DNA of 64,000 nt from Octopus sinensis (GCF_006345805.1 NC_043011.1:11532001-11596000), one strand, 5' to 3'; shown: positions 37,847 through 50,845, counted from the first letter of the stretch. The notes: generated from the letters alone by a model not told the origin. Numbers and translations are program-made.

Positions 37847-38428
37847 GATATATATATATATATACATATAGGTATGCATGTGTGTGTAATGTTTGTGTCT
37901 CTGTGTTTGTCCACCCACTATCGCTTGACAGCCAATGGTGGTGTGTTTATGCCCCCATAACTTAGCGGTTCACAGGGTTCATTATGTATTTGGTTAATGA
38001 GAGATGGAAGATACAAAAGTTTTTATTAACCAAATATATATATAGGTGCAAGAGTGGCTGTGTGGTAAAAAGCTTGCACGCTCCTGGGTTCAGTCCCACA
38101 GCGTGGCACCTAAGGTGTCTTCTACTATAGCCTTGGGCCAACCAAAGACTTGTGAGTGGATTTGGTAGATGGAAACTGAAAGAAGCCTGTTGTACACATA
38201 CATATATATATGTGTGTGTGTATATGTTTGTACCTCTGTGTTTGTTCCCCCACCATTGCTTGACAGCCGATGCTGGTGTGTTTATGTCCCTGTAACTTAG
38301 CGGTTCGGTAAAAGAGGCCAATAGAATAAGTACTAGGCTTACAAAGAATAAGTCCTGGAGTCGATCTGTTCAACTAAAGGTGGTGCTCCAGCATGGCTGC
38401 AGTCAAATGACTGAAACAAATAAAAGAA
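36868..38428 (+). mobile_element. Head-to-tail array of four family-A SINEs
   Basis: Copies at ~36868, 37231, 37637 and 38042; a 64-bp Penelope terminal-repeat piece recurs at 37162 and 37973. Confidence 0.85.
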
Positions 38429-38644
38429 CATAGGTAAAAGTTCAAGGTGTAGCAAGTTAGAAAGCTACGAGCAGATGGTATAAAAAACAGTAGTGGTTTA
38501 TTGATGTAGAAGGTTGTAAATTTTCCTTATATCGAAGATCTATGAGCTGAAAAAATTGTTTTATAGCTTATGGTTAGCAGTTGGGGTTGCTGTGTAAAAG
38601 AATAAAAATCCATTCCTTAATTTTGGAGATATATATATATATAT

Positions 38645-39834
38645 CCATCCCTTGCTATTTCGCGGTTCAACTATCATGGATTCACGACTTCGTGGATTTT
38701 TAGAATATATATAAACATGAAAACCTAAAATTTGTCATTAAATCCATTAAAATCATCATCATCATCGTTTAACGTCCGTTCTCCATGCTAGCATGGGTTG
38801 GATGGTTTGGCCAGGGATCTGAGAAGCCAGATGGCTGCAAAGGCTCCAGTCTGATTTGGCAGTATTTCTACAGCTGGATGCCCTTCCTAACGCCAACCAC
38901 TCCGTGAGTGTAGTGGGTGCTTTTTACGTGCCGCCTACACAGGTGCCAGCCTCGCCTGGCAACGGCCACAATCGGATTGATGCATTTTACGTGCCACCGG
39001 CACGGAAGCCAGTCAAGGTGGCGCTGGCATCAGCCACGTTTGGATGGTGCTTTTTACGTGCCACCGGCACAGGGATCACAACTGCAGTTTCCAATGATTT
39101 TGATCTTGGTGTACTTGACTCAATGGATCTCCTCAAGCACAGGGTCGAAATGGTGTTTCTTCACTTGCCACCTGCACAGGAGTCAGTCCAGCGGTCCTGG
39201 CAACTGCCGGGTGCCAGTCATAGGATTGGTTCAATTTCGAACCAATCCTTAATAATAAATATTATTTCCTAGTCTAGGAACAACAAAACAAGCGTAAAAT
39301 AGCAAAACAGCATATACAGGGGTATTTGAACTCAAGACGGGCTGTGATTGGTGCAATGGAAAGAGACAACGAATCACAGCTTTCTATTTTGTAATCTATC
39401 CTATGATTGGTGCTCTGACCGATGCTCAGATCTGCAGCATCTTCACTTGTCACTCTCTCACGGCCATTTCGCTTCAAGCTTTCTCGCTGAGTGGTTTATT
39501 GCACTACTTTACGCTGTGTTGTGTGTGATTTTTTTTTGGCTTCTTTGCATTAAACTTTGCGTTTTCATCCCCTGCAATGGCTCCCAAGCTTCTTTTGTGT
39601 TGAGTACAGTAACAATCTTTATTTTTTTTAAAATCTAGAGTGTTATTGCTTAATAGTTGTCTTCGTTATTAATAGACTACTGTAATGGGTGGGTTGTTCA
39701 CATTGCAGGGAGGGTTTTATAAGTCCAAATACACATTGAATAAATACTGTAAAAGTGGTGTCCCTACTTCGTGGAAATTCTGTTATCGAGGCCGGTCTTG
39801 GAACCAATCTACCGCGATAAACAAGGGATCACTG
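38645..39834. mobile_element. Tigger/pogo-like non-autonomous element with a family-C insertion (38755-39215, minus)
   Basis: TIR (CAGTG)ATCCCTTG(C/T)T(A/T)T(T/A)TCGCGG at both ends, TA context. Confidence 0.7.
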
Positions 39835-39848
39835 TGTATATATATATA

Positions 39849-40036
39849 TAGGGAAAGTTTACGATAAAAACAAAAGACGAAGATGGGTGGTGTACAAAAG
39901 AAACAGATGTATTAGTATAATGCTCAGGAATAGAAAAAGTCTTTTACGTTTCGGGTCTACGCTCTTCTACAGAAAAAACAAGGAGAGAAAAAAAGGAGAC
40001 AAAAAAATGTGTGTGGTGGCTAACGATCTATCATGG
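39849..40036 (-). repeat. Dispersed third copy of the 170-bp hammerhead-like repeat
   Basis: Same CTGTAGA...GAAACGTA motif at 39939-39975 with stem II mutated; adjoins (TA)n. Confidence 0.8.
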
Positions 40037-40782
40037 CTAGTTGCAATTTAAAACCAAAAGGCACAATTACAATTGTCACTAAAGTGACTAAGAGTGCAAG
40101 TCAGCACCGGCATTGCTAGAAATAAGAGTCAAAACAACTCTTGGCAATGGGCAAAGCTCTTATCTATTGACGCCGAGTGAGACAACCTCTCTACAGCAAG
40201 CGAGAGCATCAGATCATCGATGATTTCAGACAGAATTAATCCTCATTAACTTACTCTGTTGCCTAGGGTTAAGCTAAACTCATTTTGTCAGTTTATAAAA
40301 AAATACCATAGGAATCAGTGGCAGATTCAATAAAATGGTAAAGTGAAAACTATAAATGATTAATGTGGCAAGTTGCAATGTGTGTGTGTAAATAAATACA
40401 GGCATTCATCATCATAATTTAATGTCGTTTTTTCCATGCTGGCATGGGTCGGACGGTTTGAATGAATTCTGGTAAGCCATGGAGCTGCACCAGGTTCCCA
40501 TCTAATTTGGCAAGGTTTCTACTGCTGGATGCCCTTCCTAATGCCAGCAACTCCAAGAGTGTAGTGGGTGTTTTTATGTGCCACTAGCACAAGTGCTATT
40601 GATCTCACACCAACATCGACCACGACTATGGTCTCATGTGGCTTGATAAGCCTACATAATCACGGTATATTGCCAAAGTTCTTGGTCACCTGTCACTACC
40701 TCCATGAGGCCCAATGCTCAAACGGTGATTTTTACATGCCACTGGTATGGGTGCCAGTCAGACGGTACTGGCATAAGACAAT

Positions 40783-41000
40783 GAGCTAGCAGAAACGTTA
40801 GCACACCGGGCGAAATGCTTAGCGGTATTTCATCTGCCGTTACGTTCTGAGTTCAAATTCCGCCGAGGTCGACTTTGCTTTTCATCCTTTCAGGGTCGAT
40901 AAATTAAGTACCAGTTACGCACTGGGGTCGATATAATCGACTTAATCCGTTTGTCTGACCTTCTCTGTGTTTAGCCCCTTGTGGGTAGTAAAGAAATAGG
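40783..41000 (+). mobile_element. SINE family B
   Basis: Consensus match. Confidence 0.88.
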
Positions 41001-41600
41001 CACTGGCATCAGCCATGACTATGATTTCACTTGGCCCAACAGGTTTTCACAAGCACAGCATATCCCCCAACAATTGAAGGGTGCTTTTAATGGGTTTAGT
41101 TATGCAACACTAGCATTGGCCATGACTACAATCTCACTTGGCATGATGGGTCTTCTCAAGCATGACATATTGCCAAAGGTCTCGGTTGCTTGTCATTGCC
41201 TCCATGAAGCCCAACATTCAGAGTTATGCTTCACAACCTTGTCTCATGTCTTCCTGGATCTACCTCTTCCACAAGTTTCCTCCACCATTAGAGTGTGACA
41301 CTTCTTCACAGATGTCCTTGTCTATATGCATCGCATGACCCAAGCAGCGCAGTCATCTCTCTTGCATATTACATCTGATGCCTCTTATGCCCAACTATTT
41401 TCTCGGGCTGCTAACACTCTGTTGTGCATGCACAGTGACATTACACATCCTGCAAAGCATACTAGCTTCATTTCTTTCATGCCAATGCATGTCCTTGGCT
41501 GTCACAGCCCATGTTTCACTGCCATGTAGCATGGATGTTCACACACAGGCATCATATAGTCTGCCTTTCACTCTGAGTGAGAGGCCCTTTGTTACCAGCA
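41000..41600 (-). mobile_element. RTE LINE 3' fragment (ORF end plus 3'UTR)
   Basis: Reverse complement of the LYGSETWAVTAKDM...NEASMLCWMCNV region seen at 49960-50050. Confidence 0.75.
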
Positions 41601-41700
41601 GAGGTAGGAGCTCTCATATACATATATGCATTCATATAAATATAGTATACACATGTATATTCATATAATACATAGTAATATGCGTGTATGTATATATATA

Positions 41701-42083
41701 TACTCTTTACTCTTTTACTTGTTTCAGTCATTTGACTGTGGCCATGCTGGAGCACCACCTTTAGTCGAGCAAATCAACCCCAGGACTTTGTAAGCCTAGT
41801 ACTTATTCTATCGGTCTTTGCCGGGCCGCTAAGTTATGGGGACGTAAACACACCAGCATCGGTTGTCAAGCGATGTTGGGGGGACAAACACAGACACACA
41901 AACACACACATATATATACATACATATGCATACATACAACGGGCTTCTTTCAGTTTCCATCTACCAAATCCACTCACAAGGCTTTGGTCGGCCCGAGGCT
42001 ATAGTAGAAGACACTTGCCCAAAGTGCCACACAGTGGGACTGAACCCGGAACCATGTGGTTGGGAAGCAAGCTACTTACCACC
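41701..42083 (-). mobile_element. SINE family A
   Basis: Consensus match. Confidence 0.9.
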
Positions 42084-42749
42084 ATTGTCATTTAATGTCC
42101 ATCTTCCAGGAGCCACCCAGGTAGAAAATCTACCCTAGGCTACTGTGTCTGTTTTGGCAGGGATTTTACGGCTGGATTCCCTCCCTAACACCAGTCACTC
42201 TACTAAGTGGACTCAGTGCTTTTTATGTGACACTAGCACAGGTGAGGTTAGTTTTAGCATGATTTTTACAACTGGATGCTTTCCAAATGTGAACCACATT
42301 ACAGTGTGGACTGGATGCTTTTAACATGGCACCAGCACTGGCAGGGTAACCAAATAACTCAGAAGACAAGGAATTATGAGAGGGACAGGGCATTAAATAA
42401 AAACAGATGAATGAGTTATCTGGTACATTGCTACAATTATTTTATTAAGAGTCTTTATTGTGACATAAAAATGGTACAGTCAGGCATAGTATGCAGAATA
42501 TCCACAAAAAATATGTAACATGTTATGCAACTCACAACTCATCAGGTTTACCAAATATACAAGCGAGCAGGGACATGCTGATGAATCAACAAGCGAAATT
42601 TCAGATCAGAATTACCAGCATTTAAAAAATGCAAAGTGGGTGGGACTATAATCAGTCAATCAAGAGGATGGATAGCAGAATAAGGGTGTAAATAATAGAA
42701 TAGTTTAAAAGCATATCCTATCCAAAGATGTCACTAAACTAAGTTTATA

Positions 42750-43040
42750 TCATCATCATCATCATCATCATCGTTTAGTGTCCGCTTTCCATGCTAGCAT
42801 GGGTTGGACGGTTCAACTGGGGTCTGGGAAGCCAGAAGGCTGCACCAGGCCCAGTCTGATCTGGCAATGTTTCTACGGCTGGATGCCCTTCCTAACGCCA
42901 ACCACTTCGTGAGTGTAGTAGGTGCTTTTTACGTATCACCAGCACAGGTGCCAGACGAGGCTGGCAAACGGCCACGATCGGATGGTTCTCTTACGTACCA
43001 CCAGCACTGGTATCACAGCTGCAATTTCCATTGATGTTGA
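42750..43040 (-). mobile_element. RTE 3'-end copy (family C)
   Basis: (CAT)n plus family motif. Confidence 0.85.
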
Positions 43041-43150
43041 TCGATTTCGATTACCATTCATAAAAACTGGTACTGGCAAAGCAGGCTTATATACCAGCAG
43101 ATAGCAGGCACCAAGCATGACATTTGACCCTATCAAAACATTTTGAAGTC

Positions 43151-43473
43151 ATTTTGTAAATATAATTATAAGCTTCCACCATATACTGACGATAGAAAAT
43201 GGTTAAATATTAGAGTATTAAACCCCGTTAAAAAAAAAAAGAAAAGGCATTAATGCCTATTTTTTCTGTCTGGTTTTATATGCATTAATGCCCATTTTTT
43301 TCTATTGGACTTTATAAGCCTTAGGGCTTCCCAGACCCCAGTTGAACCGTCCAACCCATGCTAGCATGGAAAGCGGACACTAAACGATGATATTTAACCA
43401 TTTTAATACTCTAATATTAAACTATTTTCTATCATCAATATACAGTGGATGCTTATAATTATATTTACAAAAT
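43151..43473. repeat. 72-bp AT-rich inverted repeat pair enclosing a family-C fragment
   Basis: Arms 43151-43222 and 43402-43473, about 7 mismatches. Confidence 0.8.
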
Positions 43474-44591
43474 TTTCACTCATCACCATTTCTTAACTTA
43501 CACAAAATACGCATGTTTACACCTTTTTGAAGCTAGTTGCTGATGTTCTCAAAAAAAAAAACTTAATTTACTGTATTATATTGAAGAAATGATATGGTTA
43601 ATAAATTCAAGTGTTACTTATTCATTTACTTAATAGAATACTAGCTTTAATCAAGGGAGATCTAGTTAATTTATCATTCAAGGAAAATAATTGAAGGAAA
43701 AAACACAACGGTATGCTAAATGAACAAATGGTATAGAGAACAGTTTTTTTAAAGAAATTTATATTCAGCTAATGAGCTAAAATTTGAACCACAAACCAGG
43801 AGTAGACTTCGCACACTAAGTGGCTGTGGCTGCAAGTGTGTATACAGACAGTACTTCAAAGTCTGTATATGCATTTCATGTAACTTGCAGATTTTCATTT
43901 TTTTATATAGATGTATAGAAAATAATATTTTTTCTAAAAATATAATCAAGGACCAACGTAAGTGAGTGTGAAAATTAATTACCATAAAAAGTAAGAATGA
44001 AATATGTAAACATGGAAATAGAACAAGTGTTGGCAATATGAGTTCAGAATATAGAATGACAAAATCAACAGCCAATACCATGCTGAAAAAAAGTACAAAT
44101 TACAGTGTTCAGATGGCTAAGGGAATAACCAAACTTAATAATTGAGGTAAGAATGACTTCTTTTACGTTAATCAACTCCTCATGCGGCATTATTTTTTTT
44201 TATATATAAACAGAAAAGTGTCTGACTTATACATCTAAATTTCCAGTAAATTTAAAGTAAATACCGGATAAGCCACCAATAATTGGATACAACTCACCCA
44301 ACAAAAACTCACTACTTGAATGGACCATAAACGAAACTTAGATAATCCTATCAGGTGGTGCTATTAAGATAGACATGGTCTGGACCAATCTTTGGTCAAA
44401 ACATATCTAAGTTTATCTAAGTTTAATAAAACATGTAGCAATTTTACTGACAAGATCAAAAATTTGATTTTGGGATGAATAAAAGAAATTGCTAGAAATA
44501 ATACAATTTCAATGAATAATACGTGCAAAAACCAAACAGTTCTTTGATGACTTAAAGTGAATTCTCCCACTGGAAGTGATACTATAGTGGT

Positions 44592-44869
44592 GTGTGGAGG
44601 CACATGGCCTAGTGGTTAGAGCAGCGGACTCGCAGGTTCGAATCTCAGACCGGGTGATGTGTGTGTTTATGAGCGAAAACATTTAAGCTCCACGAGGCTC
44701 TGGCAGAAGGTAATGGTGAAACTTCTGCTGACTCTTTCGCCACAATTTTCTCTCACTCTTTCCTCCTGCATCTTGCAGCTCATCTACAACAGACCGGCGT
44801 CGCGTCCAGGTGGGGAACCTATACGCCAAGAAACCAGGCATGGCTCGAGAAGGAACAAACAAAAAACAA
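44592..44869 (+). mobile_element. SINE family D
   Basis: 13-bp TSD ATACTATAGTGGT at 44579-91 and 44870-82. Confidence 0.92.
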
Positions 44870-45137
44870 ATACTATAGTGGTCATGAATAACATTGTGTT
44901 TTTAAACATTATTAAGAATGGTGGCTTTGTTTCATAGCAGGCTCTTGTACATGTCTTGTAAAGTTTAAAACGCAGTTACTAATTAATGAATTAATTTCTG
45001 CAATCCAGCAAACTTCCCAGGGCAAGCCTCTACAAGGAGAAAGGGAAAAGGAAGAAGACAAAAAAGAAGCGGGAGGGGCACTAGCTGACTAGAAAGGAGT
45101 ATCATCATTATCATTTAAGGAGTACATAATAATAATT

Positions 45138-46790
45138 CGGAGAGAGTCATAGCCCAACTAATTAGGAAAAGACTTAGTTTAGATAAGATGCAGTTTGGTT
45201 TTGTGCCAGGGAGAAACACCACTGATACTTTATTTCTGGTAAGGCAACATCAGGAGAAATACTTAGCCAAAGGTAAACCTCGGTACTTGGCCTTTGTTGA
45301 CTTGGAGAAAGCCTTTGACAGGGTCCCCCAATCCCTTATCTGGTGGTCAATGCAGAACTAGGGATAGATGAGAGGTTGGTGAGAGCTGTACAAGGCTTGT
45401 ACAGGGATGCTACCAGTAAGGTGAAGGTTGGCAGAATTCAGGGTACAAGTAGGGGTTCACCAAGGATCAGTGCTCAGGCCCCTCTTGTTTATCATAGTCC
45501 TCCAGTCAATAACAAAGGAATTTAAGACAGGCTGCCCCTGGGAGCTCCTCTATGCTGATGACCTTGCTCTTATAGTTGAATCACTACCAGAACTAGAGAA
45601 GTTCCAGGTATGGAAGCAAGGTCTAGAATCATAGGGCCTTAGAATTAACCTAGCAAAAATCAAAGTCTAAGTAGGAAGGCAGACAAATCATAAATTTCTT
45701 CAAGCTGATGGCTCTGCTCGATCTTTAAAAGAGGTGTAGGTAGAAACTCCATAAGATGCACCCGGGGTAAACTTTGGACACATAAAAAGTACAACAATAT
45801 CAGAGGAAAGTTAACGGGGAAAATAGCTTTTGTATGTGGAAGATGCACAGTACAATAAACACCAAAACTGTATAGAAAGTAGACTTCATCACCTGCTAGT
45901 GGGGTAAGCTAGAAATAGTAGATAGCTTCCATTATCTAGGAGACCAAGTTAATAGCGGAGGTGGATGTACTGAGAGTGTAGCTGTGAGAATAAGATTAGG
46001 CTGAGCAAAGTTCAGAGAGCCACTACATCTGCTGGCAACAGAGAGCCTCTCTCTCAGAGTGAAAGGCAGATTATATGATGCCTGTGTGCATACAGCTATG
46101 CTACATGGCAGTAAAACATAGGCCGACAACCAAGGATATGCGTAGGCTTGAAAGAAACGAAGCCAGCATGCTTTGCTGGATGTGCAATGTCAGTGTGCAT
46201 GTTCGGCAGAGTGTAAGTATCCAGAGAGAAAAGTTAGGCATAAGAGGCATCAGATGTATCGTGTGCAAGAGATGACTGTGCTAGTATGATCATGTGATGT
46301 GTATGAACAAGGACAGCTGTGTAAAGAAGTGCCGATTTCTAACTGTGAAAGGAACCTCTATGATAGAGGTAGACCCAGAAAGACATGGGATGCATGGTAG
46401 TGCATGATTTTTGAACATGAGCCTCACAGAGGCAATGACTTAGGTGATATGCTGTACTTCAGAAGACTTGTCAAGCCTAGTGAAATCGCAGCTGTGGCTA
46501 ATGCTGGTGTTATGTAATTGGCATCTGTGCAGGTGGTGGCACGTACAAAGCACCTTTCAAGTGTTGGGCCTCATGGAGGCAATGACTGAGACCTTTGGTT
46601 TGAATGTTGGGCCTCATGAAGGCAATGACTGAGACCCTTGGCATTATGTCATGCTTGAATAGACTTAAGAAACTGAGCAAAATTGCATTCATGGCAGATA
46701 CCGGTGTCACACAAATGGCACCCATGTTGGTAGAACGTAAAAGCACCCTGCCATAGAAACCATGCCAAATCAGACTGGAGTCTGGTGCTT
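45138..46790 (+). mobile_element. RTE-clade LINE, 5'-truncated (RT domain to 3'UTR), frameshifted
   Basis: MQFGFVPG, LAFVDLEKAFDRVP, GVHQGSVLRPLLF, ELLYADDLALI; runs into family-C-like 3' sequence. Confidence 0.9.
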
Positions 46791-46820
46791 GCGTTTTAAA
46801 GCTACCACTGATTTCATCTC

Positions 46821-46949
46821 AAGAAAATATCGTAAGCCAATCACATGGAGAGGTGGTGGTGCTTGTCTCCATTTTTAATCCAAAATGGAGACAAACACCA
46901 TTCCTCCATGTGATCAGCTTGAAAAGTTAAGATATTAAGATATTTTCTT
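46821..46949. other. Isolated imperfect hairpin (~129 nt)
   Basis: 13-bp perfect inner stem TTGTCTCCATTTT/AAAATGGAGACAA, 6-nt loop, outer arms extending to AAGAAAATATC/GATATTTTCTT. Confidence 0.75.
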
Positions 46950-47039
46950 AACAAGAAACCAATAGTAACCTTAATAAACAAATAATCTTTATCCAGTAAT
47001 GTGGTGTTGAGCATTCATTCTTATTAATCGACATTTACA

Positions 47040-47500
47040 TCAACATCATTTAACATCTGCTTTCCATGGTGGCATGGGTTGGACGGTTTGACTGAGGACT
47101 AGTAAACTGGGAAGCTGTACCAGGCTCCAATCTGATCTGGTAAGGTTTCTACAGCTGGATGCCCTTCCTAACACCAACCACTCTAAGAGCGGCCCCCAGC
47201 ATTGGGGCCAGTCAGGCAGCACTGGCATCGACCAAGCTCAAATAGTGCCTTTTACATGGCACCAGTATAGGTGCCAGTCAGGTGGCACTGGCATCAGCCA
47301 CAACTTCACTTGACTCAAAAGGTCTTCTCAAGCACAGCATATTGCCCGATGATTGAAGGGTACTTTTAAATGGGCCAATTACGTGATGCTGGCATTGGCC
47401 ACGGTTACGATCTCGCATGACTTGCCAAGTCTTCTCAATCACAGCATATCTCCAAAGGTCTTGGTTGCTTGTCATTGCCTCTGTGAGGCCCACCGCTTGA
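47040..47500 (-). mobile_element. RTE 3'-end copy (family C, long)
   Basis: Family motif. Confidence 0.75.
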
Positions 47501-47725
47501 AAGTCATATTTTACCACGTATATATTTATATATGATAAAAATGGAATAAGCAGGACAAGAAGAAACACATGGCACAGTCACTAATGAGGTCACAGAATAC
47601 GTGATGAAAGAACTTTGATGGGCGTATACACTAAATATAAAACAAAAAAAATTCTAAAGTGAAGGTCATATAAATAGTGCATGTGTTTACTTGGCAAAAA
47701 AAAGTTACCTTCCCCAAGTATAATA

Positions 47726-48650
47726 TATGTACAGGGTGTGGTGAATAAACTGTTGCTTAAATTACACAAAAATGAAAATAACACTGACCTCTCATTTTAA
47801 CAGATATATTTACCTAAATTACATAAAGATATCTTGAAATATAAAAAGAGTAAACATATTCAATAAAAATCGCCATTGGTTTCAACCATGGCCTTCAAAT
47901 GACTTCAGAATCTCCTGCAACTCTTCTGGATGGTTTCCTTGTTTCAGTTGATGAATGCTGCCATAATCTTTGGGGTCACAAGTTTTGTTGATCTCTTGCT
48001 CAACTGTTCCCCACACATAATAATCAAGGGGGTTTGCAGAGTTAGGTGGTCAGATGTTTGGGGTGATATCATCATCATTTAGCGTCCGCTTTCCATGCTA
48101 GCATGGGTTGGACGGTTCAACTGGGGTCTGGGAAGCCAGAAGGCTGCACCAGGCCCAGTCTGATCTGGCAGTGTTTCTACAGCTGGGTGCCCTTCCTAAC
48201 GCCAACCACTCCGTGAGTGTAGTGGGTGCTTTTTACATGCCACCCGCACAGGTGCCAGACGGATCTGGCAAACGGCCACGGACGGATGGTGCTTTTTACG
48301 TGCCACTGGCACGGGGCCAGGCGAGGCTGGCAATGGCCACGAACGGATGGTCACAGAAATTGTCTGACAGCCATGTCTGGGTTCTCCTGCTTGTGTGACA
48401 TGGTGCAGATTCCTGTTGCCGGATATAGGATCTTTAGAGCAGCCACCCTCTTGACCCAGAGCAGCACTACCCTACCCAGACACTTGATGTAGGCCTCCGG
48501 GTTGAGTCTGAGACCGTGCAGGAAGATGAATGGAAGCATAACGTCACCACTACTAGTGAACACTCCAAACACCATAATGTTAATTGGATGTTTGATTTTT
48601 ATCCCTCTCAGTATCAGTCCTTAGATCGACACCCAGTCTGAAATGTTCGT
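47726..48650 (-). mobile_element. Tc1/mariner (maT/DD37D-like) relic interrupted by a family-C copy (48068-48350)
   Basis: MVFGVFTSSGDVMLPFIFLHGLRLNPEAYIKCL and WPPNSANPLDYYVWGTV; TACAGGGTGTGG terminus. Confidence 0.75.
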
Positions 48651-49685
48651 ATTGGAGCTCCTGACGCAACTGTCAAGTAGTACAGCATTTTGTTTCCAAA
48701 TTTCTGGCAAAGTGGATTGTGTCATAGTGTTCTTTTTCTCACAGACGGTGCCTACTAGACTGTATAGTCAACAAAATCAAAAACAAACAATGCAACTGCA
48801 TGAAATTATTGTACCCTCTGTATGTGTGTGTGTGCGGGCATGGCTGTGTGGTAAGAAGCTTGCTTCCCAACCACATGGTGTTGCATTCAGCAAGTAAAAG
48901 CACCCAATACACTCTGTAATCATGCCAAAACAGACATGGAACCTGAACAGCCCTTCAGCTGGTCAGCTTCTGTCAAACTGTCCAACTCATGTTAGCATGG
49001 AAACTGGATGCTAAATGATGATGATATGTGTGCATGCACTTGTCACCCCCACCACCACTTGATAACCGGTATTGGTGTGTTTATGTTCTTGTAACTTAGC
49101 AGTTCAGCAAAAAAGACTGATAGAACAAGTACCAGACTTAAAAAATAAAAAAACAATCCACTAAGGTTGATTTATTCGACTAAAATCTCAAGGCAGCGCT
49201 CCAGCATGGCCACTTTTTAATGACTGAAATAAGTAAAAGATAATATACACATACACACATAAACATGCATACACATTATATATATATTACTTATATGTTT
49301 GTAGGTTTTCTATAGAATTCAGTGCTAGCACTGCAAGTGGACATTTCATATAGTAATATGTCAATGTAAACAAATCAATTATCATCATTATCATGGCATG
49401 GGTGAGATGGTTTGACTGGAACTGGTAAGCCAGTCTGGTCTGGTTTTGGTTTCTACGGCTGGATGCCCGTCCTGATGCTAATCAAAGACAGAAAAGGGTG
49501 TATAGGCAAATTTCAAGAGTTATTACTCTTCCATCAGCACCACATCCAACCCATTAACTATCCACAAACACATTCCTTGAATACCCACTTATTTTAGTGG
49601 TGTAAAACAATTCGATAAACCAATTAAACACATTCCTGGCATGAGGGAAGATAGAACTTTGCATTATTTACCGAGAAGATAGCTT

Positions 49686-50330
49686 TCGTGTGCAGCAGAT
49701 GCACAGGGGCAATAGAAACCACAGATACTCAGAAAACAGATTCTATTACACTCCAGTGGGAGAAACTAGAGGTGGTTGATAGTTTCCGCTACCTAGGTGA
49801 CCAAGTTAGTAGTGGGGATGGATGCTCAGAGAGTGTTACCACTAGAATAAGAATAGCCTGGGCAAAGTTTAGAAAGCTTCTTCCTCTACTGGCGACAAAG
49901 GGTCTCTCACTCAGAGTGAAAGGTAGATTGTACGACGCATGTGTGCAAACTACCATGCTTTATGGCAGTGAAACATGGGCTGTGACTGCGAAGGACATGC
50001 GTAGGCTTGAAAGAAATGAAGCTAGCATGATCTGCTGGATGTGTAATGTCAGTGTCCAGGCATGACAGAGTGTAAGCGCCCTGAAAGAAATGTTGGACAT
50101 AAGCATCAGATGCAGCGTGCAGAAGAGACGTTTGCGTTGGTATGGCCATATACTACGGCTGGATGAGGAGAGATGTGTGAAGAAGTGCAACTCCCAAACT
50201 GTTGAAGGAATCCGGGATAGAAGTAGACCCAGGAAGACATGGGATGAGGTGGTCAAGCATGACCTTCGTACGTTGGACCTCACAGAGACTATGACGAAAG
50301 ATCGAGATCTCTGTGACTGTGAAGACCCGA
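49686..50330 (+). mobile_element. RTE LINE ORF C-terminal fragment
   Basis: LEVVDSFRYLGDQV, KGRLYDACVQTTMLYGSETWAVT, RRLRWYGHILR. Confidence 0.88.
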
Positions 50331-50505
50331 CAAATGAAGCGACTTCATGGCTTGCAGGATGGCCTGCTGTGCTAACCTTTGTGCTTGAGGAGACCAATTG
50401 AGTCAAGAAAATCAACACCAACATCAAAATAAAAAATCAAATGAAGATTGTAGTTATGATACCCATGACGGTGGCACGTAAAAAACACCATCCAAACGTG
50501 GCTGA

Positions 50506-50770
50506 TGTATGTATATATATATATATATGTGTGTGTGTGTATATATATATATGTGTGTGTGTGTGTGTATACATACATATACATATATGTATACATACAT
50601 ATATATACATATTCATATATATATATATATATATACATATTTATACATATTCATATATAATTGATATAGGATAAAATTTTTGCCCTTATCTTATAAATTA
50701 TACATATTCATATATATATACATATTTATATACATACCTATACATACATATACATAGATATATATATATA
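50506..50770. repeat. Compound (TA)n/(TG)n/(TACA)n microsatellite
   Basis: Directly visible; similar tracts at 11204, 37800, 61170 and 61620. Confidence 0.9.
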
Positions 50771-50845
50771 GCGTTATACTAATACATCTGTTTGTTTTCT
50801 ACGCCACCTGTCTTCGTCTTCTGTTTTTTTTGTGAATTCTCTCCC

